A stretch of 64,000 nt of DNA. Origin: Candidatus Methanomethylophilaceae archaeon (GTDB lineage: Archaea > Thermoplasmatota > Thermoplasmata > Methanomassiliicoccales > Methanomethylophilaceae). This document shows, piece after piece, positions 55,942 through 64,000 of the stretch. The notes beneath the pieces were generated by a model. It did not search any database, was not told the origin of the DNA, and saw only the letters and a list, made by a program, of their open reading frames with translations. Location of the stretch: the NCBI GenBank assembly GCA_944320495.1, contig CALUHR010000005.1:128001-192000 (forward strand), in the 5' to 3' direction. How positions within the stretch are numbered: the first letter of the stretch is position 1; each line of letters opens with the position of its first letter. Position numbers and translations under genes: made by a program.

Positions 55942-57323
55942 ACGCATCCAACCGCGCGGTCGCCATCCTGGCAATCGTCGTCACCCTTCTCTCGGCATCG
56001 TTCGTGGGAATCGTATTCTCCGACGATGCCGACGCCAGCAGCACTCCGACGGAGCTCATCCACATGGGCACTGCCTCGGACAACATCACATCCGACAACC
56101 CCGCCGTCATCGAATACGGCGGAGAACCCGCAGTGGAGGTCTACGTCAACAGCAACCTCTCCGACGGCGAATCCGCCGAATCCTGGGACAAGACCGTCTA
56201 CTTCCGCTTCGTTTCCGACGCGCTGAAGGGCTACAACATCTACATCTACGACACGTGGTACTTCACGGACGGTTCCTCGGACGAGTACAACGGGAACAAC
56301 GCTCTCAACAGGAGCAACGAGTACTGGAACACCAACGCGTGGTCCTCGCTCAGGCCCGTCAACCTGACGATGGACAGCGGGGTCAACCGCATCGTCATTC
56401 ACGCCTACATCAACGACCAGGACAGCGGCTACTCGGGGAAACCCGACAGGCTCTCCGGGACCAACGAGGTCACCTTCGACTTCACCCTGGGCAGGACTGA
56501 CGGGTACACCTACGTCACGAAGGTGTCCTACGACATCAACTACTCCGGGGGTTCCAACCCCAACGCGACCTCCACCGATCCCGTGTACCGGCCCTCCGCG
56601 TCCACGGAGAATGTGAAGGTCAAGATCGCGGGCGAGCAGACGAGGTCGGGTTACACCCACGTGGGATGGAACACCTCCTCGTCCGGGAACGGCACCCACT
56701 ACGACGTCGGAGCCACCATCGACGTGAGGATCGGCTCCGAGATCACCCTCTACGCAGAGTGGCAGATCGACAGCCACTCGATAGCACTGTACACGACTGA
56801 CGACTCCAACCCGTGGAAGACGGTATCCGTCCAGCACGGACAGCATCTCTCGATAGAGGATCCGACGGCCCCCGAAGGGAAGCTGTTCGCGGGCTGGTAC
56901 ACGGACAACACCAGGACGCAGCCCTACGACTATCCGAGCGTGACGGCGGACGATTCGCTGTATGCTTTGTTCGTCGACGAGCTGGCGTTCACCACCACGC
57001 CGACGGCGTCCCAGAACGTGACTCCCATCGAGCCCGAGGGGACGTTCATGTTCAGCTCGCTCGAATCCGAATCCGCTGCGAAGGTTCTCTGGGAGTTCCC
57101 CGACGGGACGACTTCTACCGACAGGGTGACGACCCATTGGTTCGAACCCGGTTCCTACAAGGTAAAGCTGACCGTCTGGAACAGTCTCGGAGAAGCATCC
57201 ACCACGGAGATTCAGGTCGAGGTCGGAGAGGAACCCGACGAGGATTCGAACGTCCTGATCTGGGTTACCGCTGGGATCGCGGTCGTGATCGTCGCCGTCG
57301 TCGTGGCGAGGAGGTTCATATGA
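55938..57323 (+). CDS. Surface protein, paralog of the previous gene
   Basis: Same repeat-PKD-anchor scaffold, unrelated N-terminal domain; no poly-G. Confidence 0.87.
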   Translation: MNASNRAVAILAIVVTLLSASFVGIVFSDDADASSTPTELIHMGTASDNITSDNPAVIEYGGEPAVEVYVNSNLSDGESAESWDKTVYFRFVSDALKGYNIYIYDTWYFTDGSSDEYNGNNALNRSNEYWNTNAWSSLRPVNLTMDSGVNRIVIHAYINDQDSGYSGKPDRLSGTNEVTFDFTLGRTDGYTYVTKVSYDINYSGGSNPNATSTDPVYRPSASTENVKVKIAGEQTRSGYTHVGWNTSSSGNGTHYDVGATIDVRIGSEITLYAEWQIDSHSIALYTTDDSNPWKTVSVQHGQHLSIEDPTAPEGKLFAGWYTDNTRTQPYDYPSVTADDSLYALFVDELAFTTTPTASQNVTPIEPEGTFMFSSLESESAAKVLWEFPDGTTSTDRVTTHWFEPGSYKVKLTVWNSLGEASTTEIQVEVGEEPDEDSNVLIWVTAGIAVVIVAVVVARRFI

Positions 57324-58645
57324 ACATGACTAAAACCCGCGACATCAGCGGGAGATCGGCCGCCATCGGCATCGTCGTGCTGATGGCGGTCGCCGCCCTG
57401 GCGATCGTGCCGATGTGCTCGGACGATTCCGAGGCCGTGACGGATCTCGGAGTTTACACCGGCGGAACCAATCTGAGCAGTAAGGACGCCGCATATTCTG
57501 GAATCGAGGTTGACATCTCCAGAATCAATGGGATGACACTCTTCGTCTCAATGGGCGCCCAAATCAAAGTGACATATGACAACTACGTCGACAAATATGA
57601 TGATAATTCGAATGGATTGGGAATGGGATGGAGCATCGGATCTGGCACAGTTTCCGAATACGGAAGTTGCAGATGGGAGGATGCAGCAATCAATTCCTTC
57701 AAACTCATCTGCCTCGATCCGAACAACATTACGAATCTGGGACCATACACTGGCGGAGAGAATCTGAGTTTTGAGAAAGCTGCATATTCTGGCGTAAACG
57801 CCAGTGTCACAGATGATGCTTTTCCAAACACTGGTGCGGGTCGTCCAAATGATATCTATGTGTTGCCTGGGGCCCATATACGCATTGTTGCAGAGGACAC
57901 GGGCCCTTCTTTCACATACTACCCGAATTGGTTCATCTCGTCTACCAATGGGAGAGGGTTGGAGGTGATTGATGGGACAGTCCCAGGCTACGGCGAATGG
58001 TTGGTGATGTGGGACGGTATCGTTCACATCGACATAGGGCTAGTGTGTCTGGGCCCCAGCCACACCGTAACCTTCAACTCGAACGGAGGTTCCGATGTCC
58101 CCAACCAGGTGACCGACTCCGACGGATACGTCATCGCCCCCGAGGACCCCGTCCTCGCGGGCCATGTGTTCGCGGGATGGTTCACCGACGACGGAGAGCC
58201 CTTCGACTTCTCCCAGCCCGTGACATCGGACATCACCCTCCACGCCCAATGGGTCGACGAGCTCGTGTTCACCACGACTCCCACATCCAACGGCACGGTC
58301 CAGTCCGTCCCGATGATGGAGGGCATGATCGTCTGCGACGCCACCCAATCTTCCGATTACACGTCCATCCTCTGGGACCTGGGGGACGGGACGTTCTCCA
58401 CCAACACATACGTCACCCACAGCTACGCCTCTCCGGGGCAGTACACGGTGACGCTCACGGTCTTCAACGAACATGGGAGTGATACCACGGAATTCACTGT
58501 GAACGTGCCCGAGGATGCCGGCAGGGGGGGGGGGGCAGTGACCTCTTGCCCTACGTTCTCGTCGCCATCCTGGCACTCGTATCGGGAGGTCTGGTCCTCA
58601 GACGTCTCCTGTGAACTGATGACAAATGAGGGGGTGTTCCAGTGA
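57320..58645 (+). CDS. Surface protein (passenger, InlB-like repeat, PKD); TM anchor out of frame at G12 tract
   Basis: Start ATG 57320; G12 at 58524-58535; anchor GSDLLPYVLVAILALVSGGLVLRRLL* encoded at 58534-58614 in another frame. Confidence 0.87.
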   Translation: MNMTKTRDISGRSAAIGIVVLMAVAALAIVPMCSDDSEAVTDLGVYTGGTNLSSKDAAYSGIEVDISRINGMTLFVSMGAQIKVTYDNYVDKYDDNSNGLGMGWSIGSGTVSEYGSCRWEDAAINSFKLICLDPNNITNLGPYTGGENLSFEKAAYSGVNASVTDDAFPNTGAGRPNDIYVLPGAHIRIVAEDTGPSFTYYPNWFISSTNGRGLEVIDGTVPGYGEWLVMWDGIVHIDIGLVCLGPSHTVTFNSNGGSDVPNQVTDSDGYVIAPEDPVLAGHVFAGWFTDDGEPFDFSQPVTSDITLHAQWVDELVFTTTPTSNGTVQSVPMMEGMIVCDATQSSDYTSILWDLGDGTFSTNTYVTHSYASPGQYTVTLTVFNEHGSDTTEFTVNVPEDAGRGGGAVTSCPTFSSPSWHSYREVWSSDVSCELMTNEGVFQ

Positions 58646-59964
58646 ACACCCTCTCGAACCTCAAAACCATAGCCGTGGCCGCAATCGCGATCGTCTCGGC
58701 GCTGATGTTCGTACCGATGATGTCGGACGATTCGGATGCGGTCACGGATCTCGGAGTTTACGCCCAAGAGGGGGAGAATGTCAGTTCTCCGACGGCGCTC
58801 TACTCCGGCATCAATGTATGGACAACCGTAGCATTCGTTGACAACAACGAGGTTTACTACGTCTCCCCCGGATCGGAGATCACTTTCGTCATGAACGACA
58901 TCGGGGGACTCACCATCGATTCGAAGGACAAACTCGGATTGAAGGAGGATTCGAGTGTTGGAATCTATGGCGGAATCAGCGGGACGATCACCGGCCAGGG
59001 GTATGTGGAGATCACAGCCGAGGGGGAGTTTTTCTCCAAGTTCTCGTTCTACGTCGCCTGCATCGACCCGAACGGCAGTTCCGATCTCGGAACATACGAT
59101 GGCGGACCCAACATGAGTTCGCCAGAGAAGACGTATTCCAAGATTGAAATACGTGGCTATACCGACTTTTGGAATTTGATCGACGGTTCGAATCTCGTCG
59201 TCTACGTCTCTGATGGGTCGGAGGTTTGGGTCCAGGGTGCCATAATGAGCACGAATCTGGAACGCAACGATCTGAATCTCTCCATTGCTGACATGGAGAT
59301 ATTGTATGGGACGGTCGAAGGCTATGGAACCACGATTTTCAGATCCGAGGCATCACTGTTCACGGTTGTGTGTATGGCCCCTACTCACACCGTCGTCTTT
59401 GACTCCGAAGGCGGTTCCAGTGTCCCCAATCAGGTAACCGACACAGACGGCATCGTCACCGCCCCCGAGGACCCCGTTCTCTCAGGATACATCTTCGGCG
59501 GCTGGTACACCGAGGACAACATCCCGTTCGACTTCTCCCAACCCATATCAGAGGACATAACGCTCCACGCCAAATGGATCGAGACACTCGTCTTCACCAC
59601 GGTTCCAACATCCAGCGGTACCGTCAAGGCCGTCCCGATGATGGCGGGAACCATCGTATGCGACGCATCCCAATCCAGCGACTACACGTCGATCCTCTGG
59701 GATCTCGGGGACGGGACCACATCCACCAACACGTATGTGACACACTACTACAGCCAGCCCGGGACCTATGAGGTAACCCTCACCGTCTTCAACGAACACG
59801 GAACGGATGTCACTACATACACTGTCGAGGTTCCCGAGAGCTCGACCGGGGGGGGGGGCATGACAACCTTCTCCTCTACATCGCAGTCGGACTGCTCGCA
59901 ACCATTCTCATCGCAGTCGTCGCATTGCGGTTGCTCTGACCACTCCATGGGGGCGGTCGCGTGA
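58642..59964 (+). CDS. Surface protein; TM anchor out of frame at G11 tract
   Basis: G11 at 59848-59858; anchor HDNLLLYIAVGLLATILIAVVALRLL* at 59859-59939 in another frame. Confidence 0.87.
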   Translation: MNTLSNLKTIAVAAIAIVSALMFVPMMSDDSDAVTDLGVYAQEGENVSSPTALYSGINVWTTVAFVDNNEVYYVSPGSEITFVMNDIGGLTIDSKDKLGLKEDSSVGIYGGISGTITGQGYVEITAEGEFFSKFSFYVACIDPNGSSDLGTYDGGPNMSSPEKTYSKIEIRGYTDFWNLIDGSNLVVYVSDGSEVWVQGAIMSTNLERNDLNLSIADMEILYGTVEGYGTTIFRSEASLFTVVCMAPTHTVVFDSEGGSSVPNQVTDTDGIVTAPEDPVLSGYIFGGWYTEDNIPFDFSQPISEDITLHAKWIETLVFTTVPTSSGTVKAVPMMAGTIVCDASQSSDYTSILWDLGDGTTSTNTYVTHYYSQPGTYEVTLTVFNEHGTDVTTYTVEVPESSTGGGGMTTFSSTSQSDCSQPFSSQSSHCGCSDHSMGAVA

Positions 59965-61247
59965 CCGCCCCTGTAAACCTCAAGACGGCCTTCGTGACGA
60001 TTCTCGCTTTGGCATCCGCGATGGCGTTCGTCCCATTGATTGCGGACGATTCCGACGCGGTTACCGATCTCGGGACGTACGCTGGCGGGGAGAATCTCAG
60101 CACCCCAGACGCCGCCTATTCTGGGATAGTTATAAACAGCGTGGGAACAACGCTTCCCAGCAACAAGGTGTTCTACGTAACCATTGGTGCGGACGTGAGT
60201 CTGTCCCTTGGAGATGAGAATCAGAGTTTCGATTGTGAGAATAACGACCTCGGCCTGTACAATGACGACTTGTACGGCGGTGTCGATGGAACCGTCTCCG
60301 GGTACGGATGTGCGGAGATTTTTGCGGATTACAGTTACAGCAGATTCTACATCCTGATTGTCAGTCTCGATCCGAATGGAGTGACCGATCTGGGATCGTA
60401 CGACGGTTCGGTGAACGTCAGCAGCCCCACCGCCACATATTCTGGCATTACGAAGCACGGGGACTGGTTCGAGACGATTTACGTCTCGCTTGGTGCGGTC
60501 ATAGACGTCAGGGAGGAGAATGAACCGCTTGTTCTCTCCCTGTCGAACGATGACATGGGCATCTATGTCTGGACGGACAACAGCATCGACCAGCTCGGAG
60601 GCACGGTTTCAGCCTATGGTTCAACCGATGTGATGATCTCCTACTCTACGGGCGGTTACAGCTATACCATAACATGTCTAGAACCCATCAAAACATACAC
60701 CGTCATCTTTGATTCCAACGGCGGTTCCACAGTGGACAACTTCGTCACCGATGCCGACGGACTCGTCAAGGAACCCGACGACCCGGTCCTGGCGAACCAC
60801 ATCTTCGCAGGCTGGTACACGGACGATGGCGAACCCTTCGACTTCTCGCAGCCGATCTCCGAGGACATAACCCTCTATGCCCAGTGGGTGGACGAGCTCG
60901 TCTTCACCACCATTCCCACATCGGATGGCATCGTCAAGGCTGTTTCCAGTCTCGCAGGCACGATCCTCTGCGACGCCACGCTGTCCTCCGACTACACCTC
61001 CCTTCTCTGGGATCTCGGTGACGGAACGACATCGACCAACACCTACGTCACACACTACTATGGCGAACCGGGCCGGTACAAGGTGACTCTAACTGTTTTT
61101 AACGAACACGGGAGTGATACCACGGAATTCACAGTCAATGTGCCCGAAGAGTCCGTCGGGGGGGGGGGCAATGAACTCCTTCTCTACGCCGCAGTCGGAC
61201 TGCTGGCACTCGTCGCGGGAGGTCTGGTCGTTAGAAGGTTCCTCTGA
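59961..61247 (+). CDS. Surface protein; TM anchor in frame through G11 tract
   Basis: G11 at 61158-61168; reads VGGGGNELLLYAAVGLLALVAGGLVVRRFL*. Confidence 0.9.
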   Translation: MTAPVNLKTAFVTILALASAMAFVPLIADDSDAVTDLGTYAGGENLSTPDAAYSGIVINSVGTTLPSNKVFYVTIGADVSLSLGDENQSFDCENNDLGLYNDDLYGGVDGTVSGYGCAEIFADYSYSRFYILIVSLDPNGVTDLGSYDGSVNVSSPTATYSGITKHGDWFETIYVSLGAVIDVREENEPLVLSLSNDDMGIYVWTDNSIDQLGGTVSAYGSTDVMISYSTGGYSYTITCLEPIKTYTVIFDSNGGSTVDNFVTDADGLVKEPDDPVLANHIFAGWYTDDGEPFDFSQPISEDITLYAQWVDELVFTTIPTSDGIVKAVSSLAGTILCDATLSSDYTSLLWDLGDGTTSTNTYVTHYYGEPGRYKVTLTVFNEHGSDTTEFTVNVPEESVGGGGNELLLYAAVGLLALVAGGLVVRRFL

Positions 61248-61274
61248 TCTTGCTATGGCCGAGGGGGCGGTCGA

Positions 61275-62186
61275 ATGACCGCCTCTACAAACCTAAACAA
61301 GGGGATGTGCGGAATCGCCATCCTGGCTATCATCATTTCATCGTTGTCTGGGATGATTATGGTTTTCTCAGAAGATGGAGAAGCCGCTACGAGAGGTGGT
61401 TCTGGAACCCCCGAAGATCCATACTGGGGAACATTCGGTGGTCTGACAATTTATCTTCAGTGTAATCAGCACGATGGTGCCTATTTCCTCGTCGGCACCG
61501 TGTTCAGGTATGGTGAGCCATCTAGTGGTGAGGGATTCTATGACATATCTCCTGGATTTGGCCTAATCAGTGATGACTATACCATCGTAGGCACTGTGAC
61601 AAAGTCTGGGCAGTTCGATGCCCACCTCAAGAATCCAGCACAGGCCGATGAAATAACTCCAGCACACTTCACGATTTATTTCATAGACGAACCAGTCACA
61701 CCAACATATACAGTCGTCTTCAACTCCAACGGCGGATCGGACGTCCCCAACGCCACCACCGATGCCAGCGGCCTTGTCAAGGAACCCGACGATCCAGTCC
61801 TTGCGGATCACGTCTTCGCGGGCTGGTACACCAGCGACGGCGAGCCCTTTGACTTCTCCCAGCCCGTTACGGAGGACATAACCCTCCATGCACAGTGGGT
61901 CGACGAACTCGTGTTCACGACCATACCTACATCCGATGGCACCGTAAAGGCCGTGTCCGGCCTTGCAGGTACCATCCTCTGCGACGCAACCCTGTCCTCG
62001 GACTACACATCCCTTCTCTGGGACCTGGGCGACGGCACCTTCTCCGACAACACCTATGTCACGCACTACTACTCCGAACCCGGAACGTACACCGTGACCC
62101 TCACCGCGTACAATAACTACGGCACCGACGTCACGAAATTTACTGTCGAAGTGCCCGAGAATCTCGCTGGGGGGGGGGGGCAATGA
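61275..62186 (+). CDS. Surface protein; truncated just before the TM anchor at G12 tract
   Basis: G12 at 62169-62180 gives GGGGQ*; anchor NDSILLWVPVILLAAILAAVVITRLL* at 62182-62262 in another frame. Confidence 0.87.
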   Translation: MTASTNLNKGMCGIAILAIIISSLSGMIMVFSEDGEAATRGGSGTPEDPYWGTFGGLTIYLQCNQHDGAYFLVGTVFRYGEPSSGEGFYDISPGFGLISDDYTIVGTVTKSGQFDAHLKNPAQADEITPAHFTIYFIDEPVTPTYTVVFNSNGGSDVPNATTDASGLVKEPDDPVLADHVFAGWYTSDGEPFDFSQPVTEDITLHAQWVDELVFTTIPTSDGTVKAVSGLAGTILCDATLSSDYTSLLWDLGDGTFSDNTYVTHYYSEPGTYTVTLTAYNNYGTDVTKFTVEVPENLAGGGGQ

Positions 62187-62283
62187 CAGCATATTGCTGT
62201 GGGTCCCCGTCATCCTCCTGGCAGCCATCCTCGCCGCCGTGGTCATCACTCGGCTGCTCTGAACCCATTGCGGAGGTGGTCTG

Positions 62284-64000
62284 ATGGCCACCTCCGTCAA
62301 ACATCTCAGGGAATTCGCCGTCCTTGCGGTGGCGATTTGCTTGATTTCGATCATCTCCTTCGATGACGTGTCGGCGGATTCGGACGACTACTATCGCTAT
62401 GTCATTCATACCGATGGCACCATTGAGGGAAACTACACACCCATCGGAACATCATCGTCCACTGGCAGCTACACCAGCGTGAATGGTACGAACAGCGGGT
62501 CCTGGGCGTTCGACGAGGATGGATATGGCCCCTTCGGCTCGTTCTACGCGGCATTCGATCCTGCACAGGACAACAAGATGATTGGCCATCTGGATCCCGA
62601 TGACCTGACCAGGCTTGTCGATGGTACAAGCATTGCCGGACAACGGTACAATGTGATGTGGTGTCTCCCGACAGTGTACTGGCTCACGGATTCGAACGGG
62701 AATCTGATTCTCACCGACGACCCAGATGCTGGCGGAACTGCCTACGCGCACACCATAGATGGACACGTCTACGGCTACATCGGGATAGGAGTTTATGAGG
62801 CTAGCACTTGGACTGTCAATGGTAAGGCAATCTTAACATCATTCACAGAGATGGACCCAAGAACAGCTACAACACCAATCATCATGCGCGGTTGGGCAAA
62901 CAATCAACTTGTCAACACCTCTAATGACGAAACAAACGGTTGCGCCATGTTATGGAACTTCTACCAGTGGCAGTTGTATCGTTTCTGCGCTGTATCGGTT
63001 ATGGGATCTTGGAATTCCCAATCGGTTGCTGGGACTGGTAGTTTCAATTACAATAGATTCGATGGATATGCGGAAACCACGGGACAACTCGACAGCTCTG
63101 GACCTTACGCTGGAGACAAAACAACTGGCTCTGCAGGATATTGTACCCCCGTCAAGGTTTTCATCGAAAACGCATGGGGATCCACCGAAGAGTATGTTGA
63201 CGGCGTGGTAATTGATTCGCTCGAATACTATATCGATCAATCCGCGGTACCAACAGGAACAACGTCTGGAACATACATAACCAATCCGAATGGAAAACTA
63301 CCTCTGGGTTTAACTGGAGTGTATGCAGGCAGCCCCTCAACCGAAACCCAGATATGGGGTATGCCGACATCGATGGCGTCGACGCCTTTGCTATATGACG
63401 CGGCCATAACCACAAATGATACGGGAACACGCATCATGCTGGTTGGAGGCGCCCCCACAACTACGGATTCAATAATATCTGTCGCACAGTTCGGAGGCAT
63501 TTCGGCTATTAATTGCTCATACGTCGGGACATCCAGCATATATGTGGGGTCCCGTCTCGCCTTCGTCTTCGACGACGACCCATTCCAGCCCCAGACACAC
63601 ACCGTAACCTTCTCCACCGGTTCCTCCACCACCATCCCCTCCCAGATCATCGAATCCGGCCAGACCGCCCTCACACCCTCCAACCCCACCCTCGAAGGCT
63701 ACGTCTTCGACTGCTGGAGCACTTCCCCGACATCCCGCGTCCCCTACGACTTCAACACCCCCGTGACGCAGGACATCACCCTCTACGCCTTCTGGGTCGA
63801 GACCCTCGTCTTCACCACCACGCCCACCTCGCAGGGAACCGTCTCCGCCGTCCCGCGGATGGCCGGCACGATCCTCTGCGACGCGACGGGTTCCAGGGAT
63901 TACACGTCCCTGCTCTGGGACCTCGGCGACGGGACGCTCTCGACCGACAACTACGTCACCCACTACTACTCCGATCCGGGGACCTACACGGTCACGCTGA
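62284..64000 (+). CDS. Surface protein with CLec/FGE-sulfatase-like passenger, InlB-like repeat and PKD (partial; not in the ORF track)
   Basis: Manually translated open frame from ATG 62284 to the window end: signal peptide, IGVYEAS, IENAWGSTEEYVDG, RIMLVGG...VGSRLAF, then WDLGDG PKD. Confidence 0.85.
   Translation, partial: MATSVKHLREFAVLAVAICLISIISFDDVSADSDDYYRYVIHTDGTIEGNYTPIGTSSSTGSYTSVNGTNSGSWAFDEDGYGPFGSFYAAFDPAQDNKMIGHLDPDDLTRLVDGTSIAGQRYNVMWCLPTVYWLTDSNGNLILTDDPDAGGTAYAHTIDGHVYGYIGIGVYEASTWTVNGKAILTSFTEMDPRTATTPIIMRGWANNQLVNTSNDETNGCAMLWNFYQWQLYRFCAVSVMGSWNSQSVAGTGSFNYNRFDGYAETTGQLDSSGPYAGDKTTGSAGYCTPVKVFIENAWGSTEEYVDGVVIDSLEYYIDQSAVPTGTTSGTYITNPNGKLPLGLTGVYAGSPSTETQIWGMPTSMASTPLLYDAAITTNDTGTRIMLVGGAPTTTDSIISVAQFGGISAINCSYVGTSSIYVGSRLAFVFDDDPFQPQTHTVTFSTGSSTTIPSQIIESGQTALTPSNPTLEGYVFDCWSTSPTSRVPYDFNTPVTQDITLYAFWVETLVFTTTPTSQGTVSAVPRMAGTILCDATGSRDYTSLLWDLGDGTLSTDNYVTHYYSDPGTYTVTL

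Noticed and set aside
6096-64000. Calling the element a definite provirus or a definite conjugative element
   Set aside because: No capsid, portal, terminase, packaging ATPase, VirB4 or relaxase was recognised in the window.
62284-64000. A complete diversity-generating retroelement
   Set aside because: No reverse transcriptase, Avd or TR/VR pair is visible; only a target-like domain.

Overview
The window appears to come from a GC-rich archaeon, most likely Methanomassiliicoccales/Thermoplasmata (inferred from gene content). Bases 1-6095 are housekeeping: the rpoE1-spt4-DUF359-rps24e-rps27ae operon, a flavoprotein, deoxyhypusine synthase, an IDH/IPMDH-like gene, an MtaA-like methyltransferase and tRNA-Leu(GAG). 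Directly after the tRNA begins a large integrated mobile element. It has ~25 kb of short, co-oriented, overlapping ORFs: HTH/RHH regulators, two serine recombinases, an intein-containing split C5 DNA methyltransferase, PCNA, dUTPase, Lar-like and C2H2-like zinc fingers. These are followed by an EcoRI-family MTase plus DUF262-HNH pair, HEPN/MNT genes, three large adhesin-like genes and a long operon of PKD/Listeria-Bacteroides-repeat surface proteins that runs off the right end. The strongest novel signal is a set of G10-G12 homopolymer tracts at homologous positions. In four tandem adhesin paralogs the tract lies just before the C-terminal membrane anchor; the anchor is in frame in only one, and each tract is followed by a hidden TGA. 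In three other adhesin genes the tract lies in a shared 5' leader next to an SD-sequestering hairpin. This looks like slipped-strand phase variation of the archaeal cell surface (anchored versus released adhesins, plus an expression rheostat), although homopolymer sequencing error must be excluded. No capsid, terminase, VirB4, tyrosine integrase, CRISPR array or reverse transcriptase was recognised, so the class of the element remains open.
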